Of a DNA stretch of 64,000 nucleotides, positions 61,042 through 64,000 are shown piece by piece. The notes beneath the pieces are model-generated. The model saw only the letters and a program-made list of their open reading frames with translations. It did not search any database and was not told the DNA's origin. The stretch covers positions 42,913-106,912 of the forward strand of contig JBHEMU010000146.1 of the NCBI GenBank assembly GCA_046262415.1, in the 5' to 3' direction. Positions within the stretch are counted from its first letter, which is position 1, and each line of letters starts with the position of its first letter. A program made the translations under genes and the position numbers. Source of the stretch: Gaiellaceae bacterium. Its GTDB lineage: Bacteria > Actinomycetota > Thermoleophilia > Gaiellales > Gaiellaceae.

Positions 61042-62027
61042 GCGCTCAGCGTGTCGTCCGTCACGGCGTCCCAGGAGAGCTCGCGGCGAGCCCGCTCGCG
61101 TGCGGCGGCGCCCAGCCGTGCGCGCAGCGCCGCGTCGCCGAGCAGCCGGCGGAGCGCGTCGCGCAGGGCCGCGACGTCGCCGGGAGGGACGAGCAGGCCG
61201 GTCACCCCGTGGTCGACGAGGTCGAGCAGGCCGCCGACCGCGCTCGCGACGACCGGGCGGCCGTGGGCCATCGCCTCGGCGCAGACGACGCCGAAGCCCT
61301 CGCGGTGCGACGGGCAGGCGACGACCGCGGCCCGCTCGTACAGCCGCAGCAGTTCTCCGTGCGGGACCATGCCGAGCGCCCCCGGCACCCGCTCCCGCAG
61401 CGGCCCGTCGCCCGCGACTACGAGCGGCAGTCCATGAGCCGCCTCGACCAGCTCGAGGATGCCCTTCTCCGGCGAGAGACGGCCGGCGAAGAGGACGTGC
61501 GGAGGCTCGTCGGGCTCGCCGACTCCGTCAGGGACGTCGACGCCGCTCGCGATCACGCGCACGTGGCGGGCGCCGAGCGTGCGCGCGGCGGCGGCCAGGG
61601 CCCTCGAGGCGCAGACGACCAACCGTGCACGGCGGAGGATCGGACGCGCGAGCGCAGGCGCGTGGCGGGCCAGCTCGACGTCCGTGCCCCAGAGCTGGAC
61701 GACGTAGGGCCTGCCGGTGAGGCGGGCGACAGCGCCCGCGGGCAGCCAGTGCGCGTGCACGAGATCCGCGTCGCGGGCGGCGCGCCGGGCGGCGCGCGCG
61801 AAGCTCCAGGCCATGGCCGGGAGGAAGAGCGCCCGGTGCGGCCGCGCGCGCAGGTTCCCCACCACGCCGGCCCCGTAGGCGATGCCGTAGTGGCGGAAGG
61901 ACTGCGGAGACACGACCTCCACGTCGACGCCTCGGGCCCGCACGTGCTCGACCGCGTCGGCGACGAAGCGCCCGGCCGCGTCGCCCTTGAACCTGGGGTA
62001 CGAGGTCGTCAGGACGACGACCTTCAC
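60978..62027 (-). CDS. family 4 glycosyltransferase
   Basis: GTG 62027 (VKVVVLTTSYPRFKGDAAGRFV) overlaps the upstream stop (GTGA). ..ACPSHREGFGVVCAEAMAHGRPVVASAVGGLLDLVDHGVTGLLVPP... Confidence 0.85.
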   Translation of the reverse strand: MKVVVLTTSYPRFKGDAAGRFVADAVEHVRARGVDVEVVSPQSFRHYGIAYGAGVVGNLRARPHRALFLPAMAWSFARAARRAARDADLVHAHWLPAGAVARLTGRPYVVQLWGTDVELARHAPALARPILRRARLVVCASRALAAAARTLGARHVRVIASGVDVPDGVGEPDEPPHVLFAGRLSPEKGILELVEAAHGLPLVVAGDGPLRERVPGALGMVPHGELLRLYERAAVVACPSHREGFGVVCAEAMAHGRPVVASAVGGLLDLVDHGVTGLLVPPGDVAALRDALRRLLGDAALRARLGAAARERARRELSWDAVTDDTLSAYAEAAGADPLRSPSSASPAR

Positions 62028-62770
62028 GTCGCCACCGGGAGCACCAGCTCGTAGGCGAACCGGTCGAGGATTGGCGTGCGCACCTGGGGCAGACGCAGGC
62101 CGCCGCGCCCGAGCTTGAAGAGCGCCTGATTGACGCCGTGGTTCACCACCGACGCGGCGAAGCTGCCGTAGATCGGCGCGAGCGGCTCGCCTCGGGCCGC
62201 CCGGGCCAGCGAGGCGAGCTCGGCGGCGCCGAACGGCTCCTCGGTGCCGAGCGTCCACGTGCCCCGCCGCTCCATCAGCCCCTTCCAGAGGCGGTAGACC
62301 GGAGCGCGCCGGTTCGGGACGCCGATCAGCGCCAGCCCGCCGGGACGCAGCGGCTCCAGGTGGGCGGCGACCACCCGGGCGCGACGCTCGCCGAGGAAGT
62401 GCTCGCAGAGGCCGAAGGACATCGAGAGGTCGAAGGCGCCACGCACCTCGGCGGGGAGGTCGAAGACGTCGCCCTCCACCGTGTCCGCGTCGAGGCCGAG
62501 CCGGCGCAGGAGCTCTCGCGCCTGCGCGAGCGGGAGGTCGAGCCGGTCGAGCAGCGTCACCGACGCGCCGGCCCTGGCGAAGAGCAGGCCGATCAGCCCC
62601 CGCCCGGCCCCGAGCTCGATCGCGCGCAGACCGTCGAAGCCCCCGAAGCGCTCCCGGACGAGGCGCTCGATCCCGCGCCAGCGCGGCGTCCGCTCCTCGG
62701 CGAGGACCGCGGCGGGATCGAGCGGCTCGGCCCGCCAGTGGGAGCCCCAGTCGGTCGGCCTCTCCGTCAC
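62024..62770 (-). CDS. class I SAM-dependent methyltransferase
   Basis: GTG start in frame with ORF 62024-63946, forming a GTGA overlap with the upstream membrane-protein stop. AIELGAGRGLIG motif I and ..DLSMSFGLCEHF..LRPGGLALIGVPN... Confidence 0.8.
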   Translation of the reverse strand: MTERPTDWGSHWRAEPLDPAAVLAEERTPRWRGIERLVRERFGGFDGLRAIELGAGRGLIGLLFARAGASVTLLDRLDLPLAQARELLRRLGLDADTVEGDVFDLPAEVRGAFDLSMSFGLCEHFLGERRARVVAAHLEPLRPGGLALIGVPNRRAPVYRLWKGLMERRGTWTLGTEEPFGAAELASLARAARGEPLAPIYGSFAASVVNHGVNQALFKLGRGGLRLPQVRTPILDRFAYELVLPVAT

Positions 62771-64000
62771 AGCCGGTGCAGCGCGAAGCGCCCGTCCGTG
62801 TACAGGGCGGGGGCGCGGACGCCGAGGCGCGAGTCGCGGCGCACGACGAGCCACTCTGCGCCGTACCGGCGCGGGATCGAGAGGTCGCCCGTACGCAGGA
62901 ACCGCCGGACGTCGTCGCGTCGCCGGTACGGCCGGTTGCCGGTCGTGTCGGCGACGTGCTCGGGCGGGGCGGCGGCGACGTACAGCGGCGCGTACGCTGC
63001 GATCCGGTAGCTCGTCTCGAGGTCGGAGAACACGACGGCGCCGGCCGGCACGCGCTCGCGCAGTGCCTCGACGAGGCCGGGTGTCAGGTCGTAGCGGTGG
63101 CCGACCTCCCGCGCGCTCCAGTTCGAGAAGCCGTGCACGGCAACTGGAAGCACGAAGCAGGCCGCTGCCAGGCCGGCGTAAGCACTCCCGCGGGCCGCCT
63201 GCGGGAGGAGGCGAGCCGTGAGCGGCGAGAGCGCGAGCCCCGCGGCGCCCCCGAAGACGCCGATCCACGTCGCGAGCGCGGGTCCCCCCTCGCGGAGCCC
63301 TGCGCCAAAGTCGCCGGGCCAGGCGAGCTGGAGCCCGATCCCGGCGCCGAGCGCGAGCGGCAGCGCCCAGATCCCGAGCCGGCGCGCGAGCACCGCCAGC
63401 CCCGCCGCGAAGGCGAAGGCGAAGGGCAGGAAGCCGGCCAGTCGCCGTGCCTGTGACAGCGAGACGGCGTCCGCGACCTCGGGGAAGACGAAGCTCGGCA
63501 GCGTCAGCGCGAAGACGGCGAGCGCGCCGCCGAGCACGAGCGCACCCTCCCGCCGGCGGACGGAGAAGGCCGCGAGCGGAATCAGCACGAGCGCGGCCAC
63601 GGCGACGGCGCCCGTCCTGCCGAAGACCTCGGGGGCGATCCGGTACCGGTCCGGCGAGAAGACGTCGAGCTGGCTCGCGTAGTGCTCGAGACCGCGCGCG
63701 CGCTCGACCGCGCCCGGCGTGTGCGAAGCGGTCTCGCGGACGACGGAGTAGAGCGGGGCGAGCGCAGCGGCGGCTGCGGCCCCGTAGGCGCCGAGCACGA
63801 GAGCCGCGGGACGCAGATCGCCTCGCCTGAAGACGGCGGTGACGACGAGGTAGCCGGCCAGGGGTGCTCCGAGGAAGAGCACGTACGTAGGATGGACGAG
63901 CGTGAGGGCGACCGCGGCCGGCACCACCGCCGCGAGGACGGGCCACTCCCGGTCGGCGACATAGGCGAACACAAGGGCGACCACGGCCGGGACGAGCAGC
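62767..64000 (-). CDS. polytopic membrane protein with C-terminal soluble domain (possible GT-C-type glycosyltransferase), 5' partial
   Basis: The frame stays open and hydrophobic (..LLVPAVVALVFAY..) to the window edge. Multiple TM segments are followed by ..FSNWSAREVGHRYDLTPGLVEALRERVPAGAVVFSDLETSYRIAAYAPLYV... No motif-level family assignment. Confidence 0.6.
   Translation of the reverse strand, partial: LLVPAVVALVFAYVADREWPVLAAVVPAAVALTLVHPTYVLFLGAPLAGYLVVTAVFRRGDLRPAALVLGAYGAAAAAALAPLYSVVRETASHTPGAVERARGLEHYASQLDVFSPDRYRIAPEVFGRTGAVAVAALVLIPLAAFSVRRREGALVLGGALAVFALTLPSFVFPEVADAVSLSQARRLAGFLPFAFAFAAGLAVLARRLGIWALPLALGAGIGLQLAWPGDFGAGLREGGPALATWIGVFGGAAGLALSPLTARLLPQAARGSAYAGLAAACFVLPVAVHGFSNWSAREVGHRYDLTPGLVEALRERVPAGAVVFSDLETSYRIAAYAPLYVAAAPPEHVADTTGNRPYRRRDDVRRFLRTGDLSIPRRYGAEWLVVRRDSRLGVRAPALYTDGRFALHRL

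Noticed and set aside
1-64000. tRNA, rRNA, tmRNA, riboswitch, prophage, toxin-antitoxin, restriction-modification or other defence modules
   Set aside because: I looked for cloverleaf-like or conserved RNA signatures in the few intergenic gaps, and for nuclease, ATPase or integrase-type proteins among the ORFs. None could be supported, so absence is by inspection only, not by covariance-model search.

Overview
Very GC-rich bacterial chromosomal DNA (by eye well above 65% G+C with G/C-dominated third codon positions; not computed), densely coding on both strands. High-GC Gram-positive-like in style, but taxon not determinable here. The six-frame track holds many long spurious or out-of-frame ORFs. 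I kept only ORFs whose translations show recognisable family motifs or clean operon junctions. Nearly the whole window is one cell-envelope glycan biosynthesis super-locus. It contains 13 GT-A/GT-B glycosyltransferase genes (4 GT2-like, 9 GT4-like, one a tandem double-GT4 fusion) and a KpsS/KpsC-like protein. It also has two GT-C-like polytopic membrane proteins and three Wzy_C/O-antigen-ligase-family paralogs. Both a Wzx-type flippase and a Wzm/Wzt ABC exporter are present. Tailoring genes include five SAM methyltransferases, two AsnB-type amidotransferases, a carbamoyltransferase and a CE4-like deacetylase. Sugar-precursor genes include a WecE/WecD-like amino-sugar pair beside an ArnC/GtrB-like polyprenyl-phosphate glycosyltransferase, UDP-sulfoquinovose synthase (SqdB), and a nonulosonic-acid set (NeuA-, NeuB-, NeuC-like). 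Two modules are embedded in the locus. One is two tandem secreted ASPIC/UnbV FG-GAP paralogs plus a secreted PAP2/vanadium-haloperoxidase-like protein. The other is a ~7.5 kb block with two CzcA/CusA-like RND pumps (one frameshifted as assembled) flanking a 150-aa adaptor-like protein that lacks the hairpin and lipoyl parts. The most striking non-coding signal is a hairpin-rich repeat with a 97-nt period, bounded by CTAG. It occurs as 4 intact copies (one tandem dimer) and 1 degenerate copy, always exactly between genes and sometimes supplying stop or start codons. No rRNA, tRNA, CRISPR array, transposase, integrase or recognisable defence system was seen.
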